Assembly (NCBI GenBank): GCA_020137815.1
Contig: CM035362.1
Span: forward strand, 1,922,001 to 1,986,000
Direction of reading: 5' to 3'
DNA length: 64,000 nucleotides
Source of the DNA: Hormiphora californensis
Lineage: Eukaryota > Animalia > Ctenophora
Shown: one piece after another, positions 19,301 through 36,900 of the stretch
Numbering within the stretch: position 1 is the stretch's first letter
Layout of the letters: each line of letters starts with the position of its first letter
Position numbers and translations under genes: made by a program
Notes under the pieces: generated by a model
Seen by the model: only the letters and a program-made list of their open reading frames with translations
What the model was told of the DNA's origin: nothing
The model's database searches: none

Positions 19301-20524
19301 AAACGAGAAGAGATAGGAAACACCGAAGAAAATAAGTTTGACAAAGAATAGAATGTGATTTACCGCTCGCTGGGTGGTCACGGCGTGTGTGTGGCGTGGT
19401 GGAGGTCCTTGCTGGTTGTGGACTGAGGAGAGAAAAGGCGCTTTAGTTTTTCAACCGGGGACCTATGTAAACCCGAAATCTTCAAAACCTTTTTTGGATT
19501 TCACCCCCTTTACACAGGACGGCGTTTATTGCCTGGGTGGTTTTGGAAAATAAATGTTTCCGTGGTTTTTTATTTCCCCAATCTCGTGCTGTTCCCTTAA
19601 CCGCCCGAAAATCTCCCTTTCCCAAATGTTTTAATCATTCTAACATCTCCCCTCCCTCCATCCCAGACACCACCAAAATCACCGGCCGATTCGAACTGGC
19701 GATTATTCAGAGTGAACAGAGATGTTAAAGAGGAGGCCAGCGATGATATAGCCGGAGAGAGGAGTTTTACACAGAGTCTTACACTCCAGAATGTCTGTGA
19801 TGCGAAACTGAATGTATCGGTAAGGAATTGTAACTCTTGTAAACACTACTCAGGGGGATCTTGAGGGTATGATGTGTATTTTAAATTGGAGAGGGCGACG
19901 TCACACATTCTAAAATTGAGTTGCTCAGACCATCCTAAAAGTCTCTAATTAACCCCTCTATCTAACACCTCTCTCTATATAACCCCTCTCTCTCTATATA
20001 ACCCCTCTCTTTATTTACCCCTTTCTCTATTTTCAGGATAAAGAGGACACAGTCTCCCAACCATCATCCTGCCCCTCCTCCCCTCGCCCCATCACCACCT
20101 CCCCAGCTCGGATCTCATCCCCTGCCCGGCCGCCCCTTTCCTCTCCCGCCCGAGCCAAGAGTACCACCATAGTGCGATCAACAACTCCACCTTTCACTGC
20201 TCCCCCACCCGCAGCTGGTCGTTGTGTCTCTCCCTCCCGACCGCACAGCTTCACCCTAAAACGCAAGCTGACTAGTGAGGATACTGTAAGTCCCCCTAAA
20301 CGGCCCTGTACTCTGGGACATCGGAGCAGCTCTGTGGAATTCATCTCCCGATCCCCCGCGCCCCTTTCTCCACTAGCTGTTTCATCTCATACCACGGGAG
20401 GGGAGGCGGTTAGAACGGTGCCTATTCACCTTCTGCAGCAGGCAGAGTTAGTGGAACAGGCGGGGAGTGGAGAGGACAGTAGTGATAGTAATGATAGTCC
20501 CCCACGGAACAATAGGCTCCTTGG
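16348..20524 (+). CDS. Ser/Pro-rich, probably disordered protein of unknown function (partial model; may continue to an exon at ~24576-24716)
   Basis: GT-AG exons at 16348-16476, 16667-16754, 16913-17030, 17145-17180, ~19667-19819 and ~20037-20524. It has many SP/TP sites and the NLS-like KRKLTSEDTVSPPKRP. The middle lies in noisy sequence, so at least one exon is missing. Confidence 0.6.
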
Positions 20525-20526
20525 GT

Positions 20527-20528
<2 letters not shown>

Positions 20529-20573
<45 letters not shown>

Positions 20574-20590
20574 GATAGAGATAGAGATAG

Positions 20591-20651
<61 letters not shown>

Positions 20652-20740
20652 GATAGAGATAGAGATAGAGATAGAGATAGAGATAGAGATAGAGATAGAG
20701 ATAGAGATAGAGATAGAGATAGAGATAGAGATAGAGATCT
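20529..20740. repeat. (AG)n/(AGAGAT)n microsatellite
   Basis: Read directly. A similar (TCTCTA)n tract lies at 33655-33910, and (AG)n/(CT)n tracts occur throughout the window. Confidence 0.95.
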
Positions 20741-22789
20741 AGCATGGTTTATACCATGTTTAAAATGTGAACTACAAAATATACTATGCCTAATATAATA
20801 TCTAACTTATATTTTTAGTCTTTTTTTTTGGAGTGAACTGTTTTGATGATGAATGTTTGGTTTGATGTGTGTGTTTCGAAATTGTTTTTTCTCGTTCGCA
20901 ATGAAACAGGCGAGGAGTTTTTAGCAGTTTTTAGCGTTCTAGAAATGGAGATAAGAGAAAAAAGTTTTCGAAAGAAAGAGATCAAAAGATAGTGCGAGTG
21001 AGCGATTGGATAAAATCGAGTATTTGAAAGGATTTTGTGTTTGAAAAAGTACATCTATTACATTTTCAGTTGCAAAATATTTGTCAATTAATGTAAGGAA
21101 CACAGACACACAAAATTGATCCGATTACTCTGAATAACATGAACTGTTCGTATTGTATCCGCAATCCCCGGGACAAACAGTTCAAAATACACATGTGAGT
21201 TGTTGAGTAACTCAACAACATGTGAGCGGAGTGAGTGTGTTCCTTATTTTGGTCCATTTTCCACCATGCCAATCTCTCTTTCTACGGTAGCTACCTCGCA
21301 ATCTCTCCCCCCCCCCTCAGCCTGCACCCCCCCCCCCCCCTCAGCCTGGGCCCCGTTTCCAGCTCCTTGGTTTCCTTGGCCCAATCCGTCCTCCCTTCTT
21401 CCTACTTTCATCAAACCCATCGTCCATTGTGAACCCGAAGTTAATTGTGGGACTCACTTTCTTCTCACTTTTTTCCACCCGAGTACCCTGTGCCTTTTTC
21501 ACAACCCGCGGCCTCGACACACGGTCCCTCCTTCCCCCGCCTCCACTAGTCTCCGCTCCACTTTTTCTCCCTCCTGCCCGGGGTAGTGCCCCAGTCCCTG
21601 CTCTACTGCTTGCTGCCGATGTGCTCCGAGAGAGGGACATGGAGCTCTGAGGCCGTGGAGGGGATGGGGCTGTCTGGGCTGCTGCTGGATCTGGTGATTT
21701 GGATGATTTGTGTTTTCCAAAGTGCCGGGTTGGATTATCATAAAGGGTGGGTGTTCCTCGTCCACGGTTGCCCGATGAGGCTCCAGCGAGGAGCGCCAGG
21801 AAGGCATCCATTACACGGGATCATGGTGCCAGGGTGGCTGGCAGGAATCGACCGAATTAGGAAATACTGGTCCCTGATTGGCTGATAACCAGTCACGTGA
21901 CCTAAATAACGAGTTCTGATTGGTTGTTTACTTGTGTCGGTCGGTTGCTGGTATTACACCGAGCGGGTTGAACTCTTTGTTGTGAAACTGAAGAGACAAA
22001 CAGGGTGGTATCTGAGATACTGATAGGATGCTGGGACGGAGTTGTAGGATCTTCAAGTGGCCAGTTATAATGTCTTGAAAAGAATCAATTATAATTGAAA
22101 AGCTAGTTACAGGAGTACAAGTACAGGAGTGCTGCAGCTGTGTTGTAAAAGTGTGGTAGTTCGGCCCACCAAGTTTTCTGCAGTGCTGGAGAGGAGCTGG
22201 AGAGGGAGCACAAAGGAGAAATTATAGAGCAAAGTCAGCTTTTTTAACTACCACATCCAATTCTCAATCCTTCTCTCCCTTCCTTCAATCCTTCTCTCCC
22301 TTCCTTCAATCCTTCTCTCCCTCTTTCCACTCTCTCATCTCTCTTCTGTATTTCATCTCCCTCTCCTAGCGTCTCTCTTCTTCTCGCTCCCCCTCTATCT
22401 TTCTCTCTCTCTCTCTCTCTCCTTCTCTCTCTATCCCTCTCTCTATCCCTCTATCTCTCTCAGTATCATCCCTAGTCTTTTCGCATGGAGGTTGATTTAA
22501 AAACCAAGCCCCACACACCACTACTTATTTCTAACAGCTATCCTCTCTCATCCTAGGGCTATACAACGATTTTCGCCGATAAAAGGTCTTGACGGACGGG
22601 GAAAATTTTAAAAAAGTGAGGGAAAAAGATAATCGGGGGGAAAGGGTGAAAAAACTAAAAAACTGGGGATCATGAATGAGGGAAAAAATGAGGTCAGATT
22701 TTTTTACATAGATTAGGGGAAAAGAATTTTTGGGGGAAACCAGTTTGGGGGAGGAAAAATTTTTTTCCCCAAAAATTTTTTGAATTTTT

Positions 22790-23350
22790 TTTGTGAAATT
22801 TTTTGTGAAATTTTTTTGAAAATTTTTCAAAAAGATACCAGCCACGTCCGAATCGTGTTTCGAATCAGTGAATCTTATCGCATGTCCTGCTGCTAATTAG
22901 ACGGTTGTCGCTTCGGAACGAACTGATACGTGATCCACATGGGGCCATTGAATCACAAGTTCACCAAGCGTCAAAATTTCGATTCGATGGGGATCACGTT
23001 TCGATTCGTTCCGAACCGTCTAATTAGCAGCAGGAGATGCGATAAGATGCACCGATTCGATACGCGATTCGGACGTGGCTGGCATACCTTTAAAAAATTT
23101 TAAAATATTTTTGCAAAATTTTACAGTACGATTGTCAATGCTTTGATCGGTGCTCCCCATAAATTTTGAGAGAAAAAGTTATTTTGAAATTTTGATACTT
23201 CCTCACCCGCTTAGGGTGCCCCGATTCGGCATGGTATCACGTATCGGTTCGTTTGGAATCCACTAATTAGACAGGACATCCAGTAAGCTGCACCGATTCG
23301 AAACACAAATCGGACGGGCTGGTATAACTTAGAAAATTTTTCACATTTTT
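22790..23350. mobile_element. Degenerate foldback/inverted-repeat element
   Basis: CCAGCCACGTCCGAATCG...CTGCTAATTAGACGGTT (~22838-22907) is inverted at ~23014-23082. A third arm copy lies at ~23230-23350. Confidence 0.6.
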
Positions 23351-23619
23351 TTGAAAAAAAAACTATTTTATATTTTTCTATTTCTAATCAGAAATGATGA
23401 TGTCATCAATACATGAATATTGCATATAACAGTTAGAGGTGTCTTTAGTCTTAATAATATAGCATTTTGGGCATAAAATAGGTTTTTATGGGCCAAATAT
23501 GGCTCACCCCGATTTAGTGGACACCCCGATTTAGTGGACAAGACCCTTTCCCCCGAGGGTGTCCCTAAATCGGGGTCCGACTGTATATATATTGATTTGG
23601 TGATGCCATCACCTCTTAT

Positions 23620-23850
23620 AGTCGAATTTTTTATTTAAGCGACAGGCCGACGCGCACTCAATTAGTTAATTGGTCATATCTCCGGTTCCTGATAAGATAA
23701 AGACTTGATCCTGGTTGCGTTAGAAAGATAAAAATTTTATCTTTCCAATGGCACCAAGAAAAAGTCGCTAGCTTATCAGGAACCGGAAGTTGATTTCAAG
23801 CGCTGCATTTTGATGCGCGGCGGCCTGTCGCTTAAATAAAAAATTGGACT
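23620..23850. mobile_element. MITE with ~30-bp TIRs
   Basis: AGTCGAATTTTTTATTTAAGCGACAGGCCG ... CGGCCTGTCGCTTAAATAAAAAATTGGACT, with internal inverted CCGGTTCCTGATAAG motifs. Confidence 0.75.
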
Positions 23851-24864
23851 TTAAAGTCACCAATATATTGATGTAGAAACGAGTTTTTGGCATCAACAGC
23901 TTGAACAGAAAATATATGTTGTACAATTCCAATTCACACATCTATAATACAACTCTCTCACACACACAAACTTTTTCCAGGTGGCTTTCAAGTTACAACG
24001 TAGGTGGCTGGTCAAAACCTACAAAATAGGGTTTTAAACACAGCTCAATGCCTTGCTGCATACATGTGACTGATTTCTCTCGGTATGTCATGATATACGC
24101 CTTTATTAAATATTGTAATCCTAGCTTGACAATGATATGAGACATGTAACATTATCAACTGTTATTAACATTTGATATTCTTGAGAACAGTTTATTTATA
24201 GGTTCGGCGCGTTAGAAGTATAAAATCATAGGGCGATCTCATCATGATCCTTAGTGCTCATCATGATCTTAGTGCTTGGTACAAGACGTCCGGTTTCCAA
24301 CATAACTTTTAAAATCACCACTTATTCTTATCGATGTCAACCCTCATCTCTCGTATTTATTTAAAACTCATCACTAGCTACAGTTTGTACAAATATATAC
24401 TATAGGAACCGACTGACACAAGCAAACAACCAATCAGAACTCGTTATTTAGGTCACGTGACTGGTTATTAGCCAATCAGGGACCAGTATTTCCTGATTCG
24501 GTCGTTTCCAAATAGCGAGTTAATAATTCGCTTGTGTATATACACAAGCGAATTATTATCTCGCTAAGTCTCAAGATCCCAAGACAGAGTTCTTTAGTTT
24601 CATTTTTTGGCTTGACATCTCAACCCCTCGAACAGTGCACTCCATCCTCTCTCGTAACTTCGTATAATATATCCGACCAGCTCAGAATAAATCTGAAAGC
24701 TGGTTCAGTATATTAGACAACTCCGCTCACACATCAACGTGTACCAAAGAGCCATTATGTCTCATCAGAAGTCCATTACGCTCTTTCAATTCCTCAAGAC
24801 ATCATCTTCATAAATCATAACGCATAGCAGATTTCGATCTCGTTCACATCATCACAATATATCA

Positions 24865-28609
<3,745 letters not shown>

Positions 28610-31600
28610 ACGCAGGCAGGATCTCTCTCACATGGTGCTGACTGTTCTGGTTCGTAGGAGAGAGAGGTAATGTAGGTAGTTGGCGCAGACGGAATAGAGT
28701 TTTGGGTGAAGCAGGTCAAATGAACACAACTATGTATGTAGTCTGTCAGGCCAATGCTCTGACCACAGTTCTCGCGAGAATAGGGTCAGGCCAATGCTCT
28801 GACAGTATGTAGTTGCAAAAAAGGAAGATTATTTGAGAATTGAGAGGGCCAATGAGAGGCCAACTATTTCTATCAAACACACAAAACAAAATAGGAGTCA
28901 AAGACTTGTCCTGAGTCCTGAGACTTGTCCTGAGTCCTGAGACTTGTCCTGAGTTCTGTCCTGAGTCAAAGACTCAGGACAGAACTTAACAACTGATCGA
29001 AGACTGAATATATCTGAAATGATGAATTGGGGCGGTAGAATTCAAAGCAACCACACATGCACATTGCACACACTGGACTCGTGATACACCAGTGAATATC
29101 ATTAATAGCTCTTTCTGATCTCTCTCGTCAACTGGTCCACATAATCTCTCCATATCTTCTTTTGACCGCTCTGATCTAACTCTGTTGAATCTCCTAGAAG
29201 TAGATCTATATTATAGCCCTCTGGTTTAGTCTACCATTATGTATCCGATCGCGTGCCCCCCAATTCCAGAACATTTTCTATCACATCATAACTTTTTCTG
29301 TGTCTGATCTATCATGACAATATATAGCAAGTAACAAATGCAATACAAAGCTTATCACTTCTTAGAAACACCAGCGGAGGGGAGAAGAGAGGGGAGAGCC
29401 GAGATAGAGAAGATCAGAGAGAGAGACCGAATAGATAAGATTTAGAGATAGAGAATGATAGATATCTCTCTTTCTATCTCCTCGCTCTCGATCTTCTCTA
29501 TCTCTCCTTTATTCCCTTCTCTCTCCGCCCGTCTTCCTTCTCCTCTGTTATCTCTCTTCTCTCTCCTCCCCCGCCAGAGTTTCAAAATACCCCAGCAATA
29601 GATATAGCTTATCAAAAAGGTAGAAATGTGTAACAGTTCTGATCAGGCTGACAAGACCATGCAAAACAGACTAGAAAGTAGGATTTTACAAACTTGCAGT
29701 TACAAATGTTTGACTATTAGAGTGATGGTTATCTAGTCAAATTCTTGTGTGTGATTTATGAAAATGAAACAGAAATACTAATTATTACTAGTAAAAATGA
29801 TATGTATTAGACGGGAGTTTGAAGCTGGAACCATGCAAATCATCAAGAAAAGTAGGCTTAAATCTTTTGTACTTCACTGCAATTCAAAGCTTGTGCAGAT
29901 TTTTCGCATCGCCGAATTTCATTCTGACAACGTAGAATGGGCCTTTAAATTAAAAAACCTGCCCCAAAGGAATAGAGGGGAAAAGGTATACAAAAAAAAG
30001 GAGGGAGAATATATTATACATAAGAAAAAAGCAGAAATAGAAATTCAAAAAAAGAGAATAAATTAATTAAAAGGGGTTACTAAAATGTTCATATCAAAAT
30101 ATTTCGAAAATTAGCCCTATTTATCTTTTCCCCCATAATAAAAATTTGGGGGCGATAATTGTCAGGGCCAAAGCTCTGACGCGATTTGGGGGGCCCTTCA
30201 GATATCTTGATTTCCCACCAGTACAAAATCATATTAGTCCTTCTTGGCAACAAAAAATTCACTAAATTCAACACTACAAATTTATTTCAAGTTACCCCAT
30301 CCACCTTTGAACAGACTTTCCGGGGATGGGGGAGTTTAGAAATTACTTGTCTGTCTAAGCCCCCGGGGGAAAAAGAGGAGGAAATTAAATTTTTTTGTCA
30401 TTTTTTGGTGGTTGGTTTGCCATTTTCAGAAAATATCCTTTTTCATATCCATATTCATCTGTTTTTATTTTTCAATCAAAAAAGAATTTATGATTTAAAC
30501 CCTGCCCCGCCCCGTTATTTTAAATTTTATCGTGAAAGGGGGAAAAAGTTAAATAAAATTTCCCTGTCAAGATGCTTTTTTTTGGGGTCTTTTTTTAAAA
30601 ACCCCCCCTGATTGTTTTTTAAAAAAAGTCTTTCGATGGATTTTAAAAAAAAATAAAAAGAAAAAAATAAAAAGTGTTTGGGGCCCCGATTTTGTTTTTT
30701 TTTAAATTACTTGGCTTTGGGGCCCCCCCCCAATGGCAAAATGGATTTGGGGGGGGTGATGCGTTGGCGGGCCTACCCTCTAGCCCACTGTCGAATGGCA
30801 AAAGCCCCAAAAACAACCTCGTTTTATTCGGCGGCCGTCGGGGTCGGAACCCCATTTTTTGAAGGGCCGTCGCCCCCCCCCCCTACGGGGTTTTGGGTGC
30901 TGGCCTGTTTTATAAAATTCACCAAAACTTACCAGAGTTTGAAAGTCGAAATCAAAAGAGACGGGCATTCCCAAAATTAAGATCAGTGTCAAAAGAAGAA
31001 GAAAGAAATTGGAGAACTAGTACGTGAACAAGATGTGTTCACTTGCAGTGCATACGAGAAAGAAAGGGGAAATAGTATCTTTCTGAGAATTGGATATCAG
31101 ATCGGGAAAATTTTTCAATTTTTTTTTGTAGAGAGAAGAAAGAAATAATTTGGGGAGGAGAGAAGAGAGGGGAGAGAGAGAGAAAAAGGGGAGAGAGAGG
31201 GGGAGGAAAAAAAAAGGGGAGCCCGGGTCGGGGCCCCCAGGGCACCCTCCCAAACCCCCCCGCGCCGGAGTGGGGTGGCCCTTCCCACCCGGGCCTTTGC
31301 TTTTTTTTATCCAACCCCGCTCGTTTTTGGCAAATTTAAAACGTTGGCACGTTAAAGGGGAAAATTCACAACCCTCTAATACAAAATTGTCCCATATTCC
31401 CTACAAAGATTAATAAAAAGAGGGGGAAAATTCTTAGTTGTACAACAAAATGAATTTGACTAGCACAACCATTGACATGTTTAATGAATTTCGCCCCTTG
31501 ACAATCCATGTGGCTTCGCCGTTGGTGACATAGACACCTGGCGCGACCGAGATTGAGTGCGGGGGTCGCGCCAGGTGTCTATGTTACCAAGCTTCGCCGG

Positions 31601-32181
31601 GTGACTCTTTTTTGATGGCCTTGCCCCAAAAATGAGGGGATTTTTTTTTTACTTTTTGAAATTTTTTTAAGTTCAACCCCGTGTTTACTCACCTAATTGT
31701 CCAATTAGAAGATAACTGTCTCAGTTCTTGAATATTATTGGTCCTCAGATTCCGTAAAATCCAAAACAAAACCGTCCTTACAAATTTGTATAAAACGGGT
31801 TAAAAACCAAACAATTAAAATTTTATAGTATTTTGGGGAAAAATTTAAATTTTATTTTTTAAAATCGTTTAAAAATTTTAAAAAAAAAAAACCCCACTGG
31901 TATTCGGTTGTTTTTTAACAAGCTGCATTAAGCGAGTTAGAGGGCTGGAGTAGGAGAGAGAGAGGGGATGGAGAGAGGAAGGGTAAGCTCAAGAGAAGGA
32001 CATGATTTAGCCAGAAAAGAGAGATAGAGAGAGATAGTTAGATTGACAAAGCTCATAAAGAGAAAGGACAAAGAGATGTGGCCTTGGCGATGTTTTAACA
32101 ATTTTGAGCTCGACGAAATCACCACTACCAGTTGGGGCTTCCCGTGTGAAGGAGAGATAAACCGCAAAAGATCGAAGGAGT

Positions 32182-32249
<68 letters not shown>

Positions 32250-32262
32250 AGGAGGAGAGAAG

Positions 32263-32314
<52 letters not shown>

Positions 32315-33983
32315 GAGAGAGAGAGAGAGAGAGAGAGAAGAGAGAGAGCAAGAGAGAGGAGAGAGAGAGAGAGAGAGAGGGAGAGATCAATGGAGACTAA
32401 TCTAGAATAATATATTCATTTCTCTCTAATCAATTCTTTTCTGTTAATTACTTCAAGACCTCTAGCTCTTTCTTCTTTTTCTTCTTTATAGCTTCATAGG
32501 ATGGGTGATCAATCTGTCAGAGCATTGACCTGACCCTATTGGCCTATTCTCACTCTCAGCGGAAGAACTGTGGTCATTGGCCTGGCAGTAGGTTAGGTAA
32601 TCAACAAATATTTTTGTCAAAAAAGTAAAATTTTGGAAAAAAGCCCCCACCAACCTTGAGAAAATCAAATTCAAGGTCCTTTGCACACCATAAAGACCTT
32701 ATTTTTAAAACACACTGACGGTGTGTTCTAAAAAAGAAAAAAAAAATTTAGCAAGTAAATGCGTTTATTATGCGAAAATGATCTATCTAAGGGTAATTCT
32801 GCAATTTATCTAGAACAATAAAGATTGAAGAATCGCTGTCTGGTGTCGCTTTCAGCTGTGGGAATAAAATGAGTTGGGAGAAACTCTCATCGAGAGTATC
32901 ACCACCCCAGAGTTTCCGCCAGACCCCATGTTGATTATCAAAATCTGCTCTATTCTCTAAGATCTGGTCGGCATTGCCACACAGCCTCTGATACTATCAG
33001 TGATACTGACATGAGTCTGTTGTATTTCTATAAGAGTCCATATCAGATGTCAGAATATTTCAACTAGGTATATTCATTGTTATACGATCGAACCCCGATT
33101 TACCGGGCCCCCGATTTACCGGCACCCCGATTTACCGGAAGTAATTTACCCCCAATATAGGAAATTAGCAGTATTTGACCCCGATATACCGGGTACCCCG
33201 ATATACCGGGCAAAACCATTTTACTCGAGAATCCCGATAAATCGGGGTCCTACTGTACATTCCTACTGACATGGTGTGTGACACTCTGAACAAGTCAAAC
33301 CAGATCTGTCCAAGCGGCTGACTGCTGTGAGGGACAATGAAATCAGTGTCAACTCAGATCCGCACCTGGACTGGATCAAATTTTCCCACGCTCATCTACC
33401 GTTCTCACGCGCGCGGCGGCACACACTGCTGAAACAAACTTTACACATCACGCCGGACCATGTCTGCTAGTCGTGTGCGGGCGGAGACAACGGTCGATCT
33501 GGCGGGTCGTTTGAAATTCAGAAAACTGATTTTCAGGAAAAGGACTGCTCACTGTAGTTTTCAGATGACATAACATAATTCTTAAAACAAGCTTATTTTG
33601 TGAGCTTAAAAAAAGTATAATTCTGTACACAAGTCAATCACACACGAAAGTCACTCTATCTCTATCTCTATCTCTATCTCTATCTCTATCTCTATCTCCA
33701 TCTCTATCTCTATCTCTATCTCTATCTCTATCTCTATCTCTATCTCTATCTCTATCTCTATCTCTATCTCTATCTCTATCTCTATCTCTATCTCTATCTC
33801 TATCTCTATCTCTATCTCTATCTCTATCTCTATCTCTATCTCTATCTCTATCTCTATCTCTATCTCTATCTCTATCTCTATCTCTATCTCTATCTCTATC
33901 TCTATCTCTCCATATCAAAAAGATATATCTTCTCATTTGAGAGTGTCATCAAACATTAATTGTCTTTATTTTCATATCTCCGT

Positions 33984-36900
33984 TTATGGTGCAGCGTAGG
34001 CCTTCAGTAGTGGGGGATCACCGGCTGAAAAGATAAGAAAATTGTCATTTTAATGAAAATGAGGTTGCTATGCAAAAGTAGACAAACAATTACTGGAAGG
34101 GGGCAGCTAGGCCACATTGCAGAGTTCAGGGCGGATTTACCCCAACCCCCCCATCTCCTACTATACTCAATAATATATTCATATGATATTACATAGTAAT
34201 AAAGTGAACAGAACCCACTTTTAAAGGAAACAGTATGTTTGTGGGAGTCGCTGTTGTTTTGTTTTTGTTGTAAGGGCTTCCGTCCGATCGTTATCGTCTG
34301 AGAGAGAATGGTTTTATTAGGTAGTGAATACTTCCAGTTTCCAACCCTATTACTTAACCAAACAACCACAAACATAATTAATTAAACATAATTAATTACC
34401 CCATAATTAATTAACTAACTAATTAATTAATTACCTGTTGACTATAATGTTGAGATTGAGGCATGTCAGAGGGTAGCGTATCATCTACAGGGTGTTCCTT
34501 TAAAAAACACTCATCCACCAGTAAACTGTCCTCTTTGTTTCTTTGCTGTTGGATTTCAAAACTTGAGAGGTGGTGGTATTCTCGCTGTGCTTCCACTGAA
34601 ACAATGAGAGGTTAGATGTGAGGTAAGGAAACAATGTGAGGTTAGGTTGGAGTTAGGAAACTGTTAGGGGGAGGGTTAAGAAAGGGGGGAGGGGTAGGAA
34701 ATATAGGTGGGCATGGGGTAGGATTCTTTTACATATTTTAGTCGGGTAATGGGAAGGAGATGTAAAAACTTACAGGAAGTGTTATTGAGTTGGGTACTTT
34801 GAGTCGGCATCATTTGGTGGTACTCTTTCCTGAAAAAGAGATACAATACAGTGTAATTATCAATGATAACAGCGACCCGTAAAAAAGTTCAAAGGCCCCC
34901 AGGAGACTCCAGGTGACACCCTGTTATTGCTTATTTATATTGCTTAGTATGGTCCGAAAAGTGTGGAAAACCACCGGTAAACTACCCAAAACCTCCCTCT
35001 CTCTTACCTAACATTAGTGGCGCTAGTCGTCCTATACGCATTACTGACAGGTCGTGATAGGTCAGGTCTCATATTCTCCCGCCCGGGGAGGAGTGAGGGA
35101 AGGGACCGAGGGGTAATTCTGTCGTTGATCTGTTTGTTCAGCCATGCAATAACGTTCTCGTTCGACTTCAGGGTCTTTTGGTACTGGAAAGAGATGTGTT
35201 TTATTGGAAATTTAATATTACTGAATTGCAGACAGTACAATAAAACACTAGGGTAGAAAGGGGTAAAATGGCACACGGGGTAAAATGGCACATGTATGGG
35301 GTAAAATGGTCCTAGTTATTACATGTAGTCACGTGACTTTTTCTCCAGCGGAGACCTGCTGGTTCTGTTCCGAATTTTTGCTTTAAAACTGCTGTAATTT
35401 CTGTTTGAGTTGGCCGATTTTAATTTTGCAAAAACTGCCAGTTAGGGTTTCTATCCTTCTAAAACTTGGTATAAAATTTTTTCAAAAAACCCACTATTAA
35501 GTTGATTAAATTGTCAAATTAGTCAAACTGGGGTAAAATGGTTCACCCTCGCTGGGGTAAAATGGTTCACCCTGGGACCAATGAAATCGAGTCTCCAATA
35601 CCACGTGATACCAACTGGGGTAAAATGGTCCAGCACACTGGGGTAAAATGGTCCAGCAGAACAGAAATTACTGAAGATAACATGGACCATTTTACCCCAG
35701 TGCTCTAACAACACCAGGCACGTGATAAAAATCGAGCAATGCTATTGGCTGGACCATTTTACCCCAGTGCAAAATTTCCAAAAAAAGCCCTACCAAACTT
35801 TTTGAATTGATTAATTAAGCTATTAAATAAAACTTTCAGATTTTAAAATTTAGCTCGTCTGAAAGGAAAACGTTTCATTGGATAGCCTATATAATTTGTT
35901 TTCTTCTTGCTGTATAAATTGAGTATTTTAGAACCTAAAACGTTAGAAAGTGTGCCATTTTACCCCTTTCTACCCTACAAACTTCATTTACTTTATGATC
36001 ACAACGAGTATGTAATCAGCCAATTAACTAATTAACTAATTGAATGGTTTACCTCTTCAATCTGCTGTTCCATCTCAACTCTGCACGCCTCCGATTTCTC
36101 CAAGATTTCCTTTTTGTCCCCCAATTTTCCCTCCAAATCTGATATTTGCTTTAGTTGTACAGCGGACTTTTCTTCGTTCTCCTTTATTGTCTGAATTAAT
36201 AATTAGTTAATTAATTAACGGTGGAACAAGAAGGATGGAAGGTGAATTTGATATATATCACTCGCGGTATTTACCTTTTTCTGTTTTTCAAGTTGCATGC
36301 CTCTGTTTTTCAACCTCATTTTCATTTCTTTCATCTCACTCTGCATCTTCTGGATGATCTCGTTACCCTTGACAACCTCCTGACTGACACTGTGAACGGT
36401 GTTCTCCAACTTCTCACATTTGTAGTGCTGTGAATCAATCTGGGGGAGAGGAGAAAGTGATTTATCTGGGAGTCTAGAGGGTGGGGGAGAGGAGAGGGTG
36501 ATTTATCTGGGAGTCTAGGGGATGGGGGAGGGAAGGGTGGAGGAGAGGGTGTTTTATCTGTGAGAAAGGGTGGGTGAGTGTTGTCAGGGAATCTGAGGTT
36601 CAAATGTTCGGAGGAATTGGGGGAATTGGAGGTAGATACACGTTAAGTTTAGACAACAATTTAGGCAGGGATTAACGCAAACAATTACCAACCTGATTTT
36701 CAAGTTTAGCCTTTAGAGACTCTGACACTGTCAGTTGTTCCTGAAGACTTGAAAGCCGCTTTGTTGCATCTTTCAACTCTTGCCGTGCTACTGCCAGATC
36801 CGTGTCGAACTTTCTCAGTTCTCGCTGGAAGAAGGGAGGGGGTAGGAAAATTTATTAAAAAACATCTCAATTAAATATTTAAATCATTAGCAAAAATCAA

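Noticed and set aside
17900-19640. Phe/Pro/Lys-rich ORFs (also ~29800-31900 and ~51640-52100)
   Set aside because: The sequence is homopolymer-inflated and low quality, typical of unpolished reads, with no recognisable motifs.
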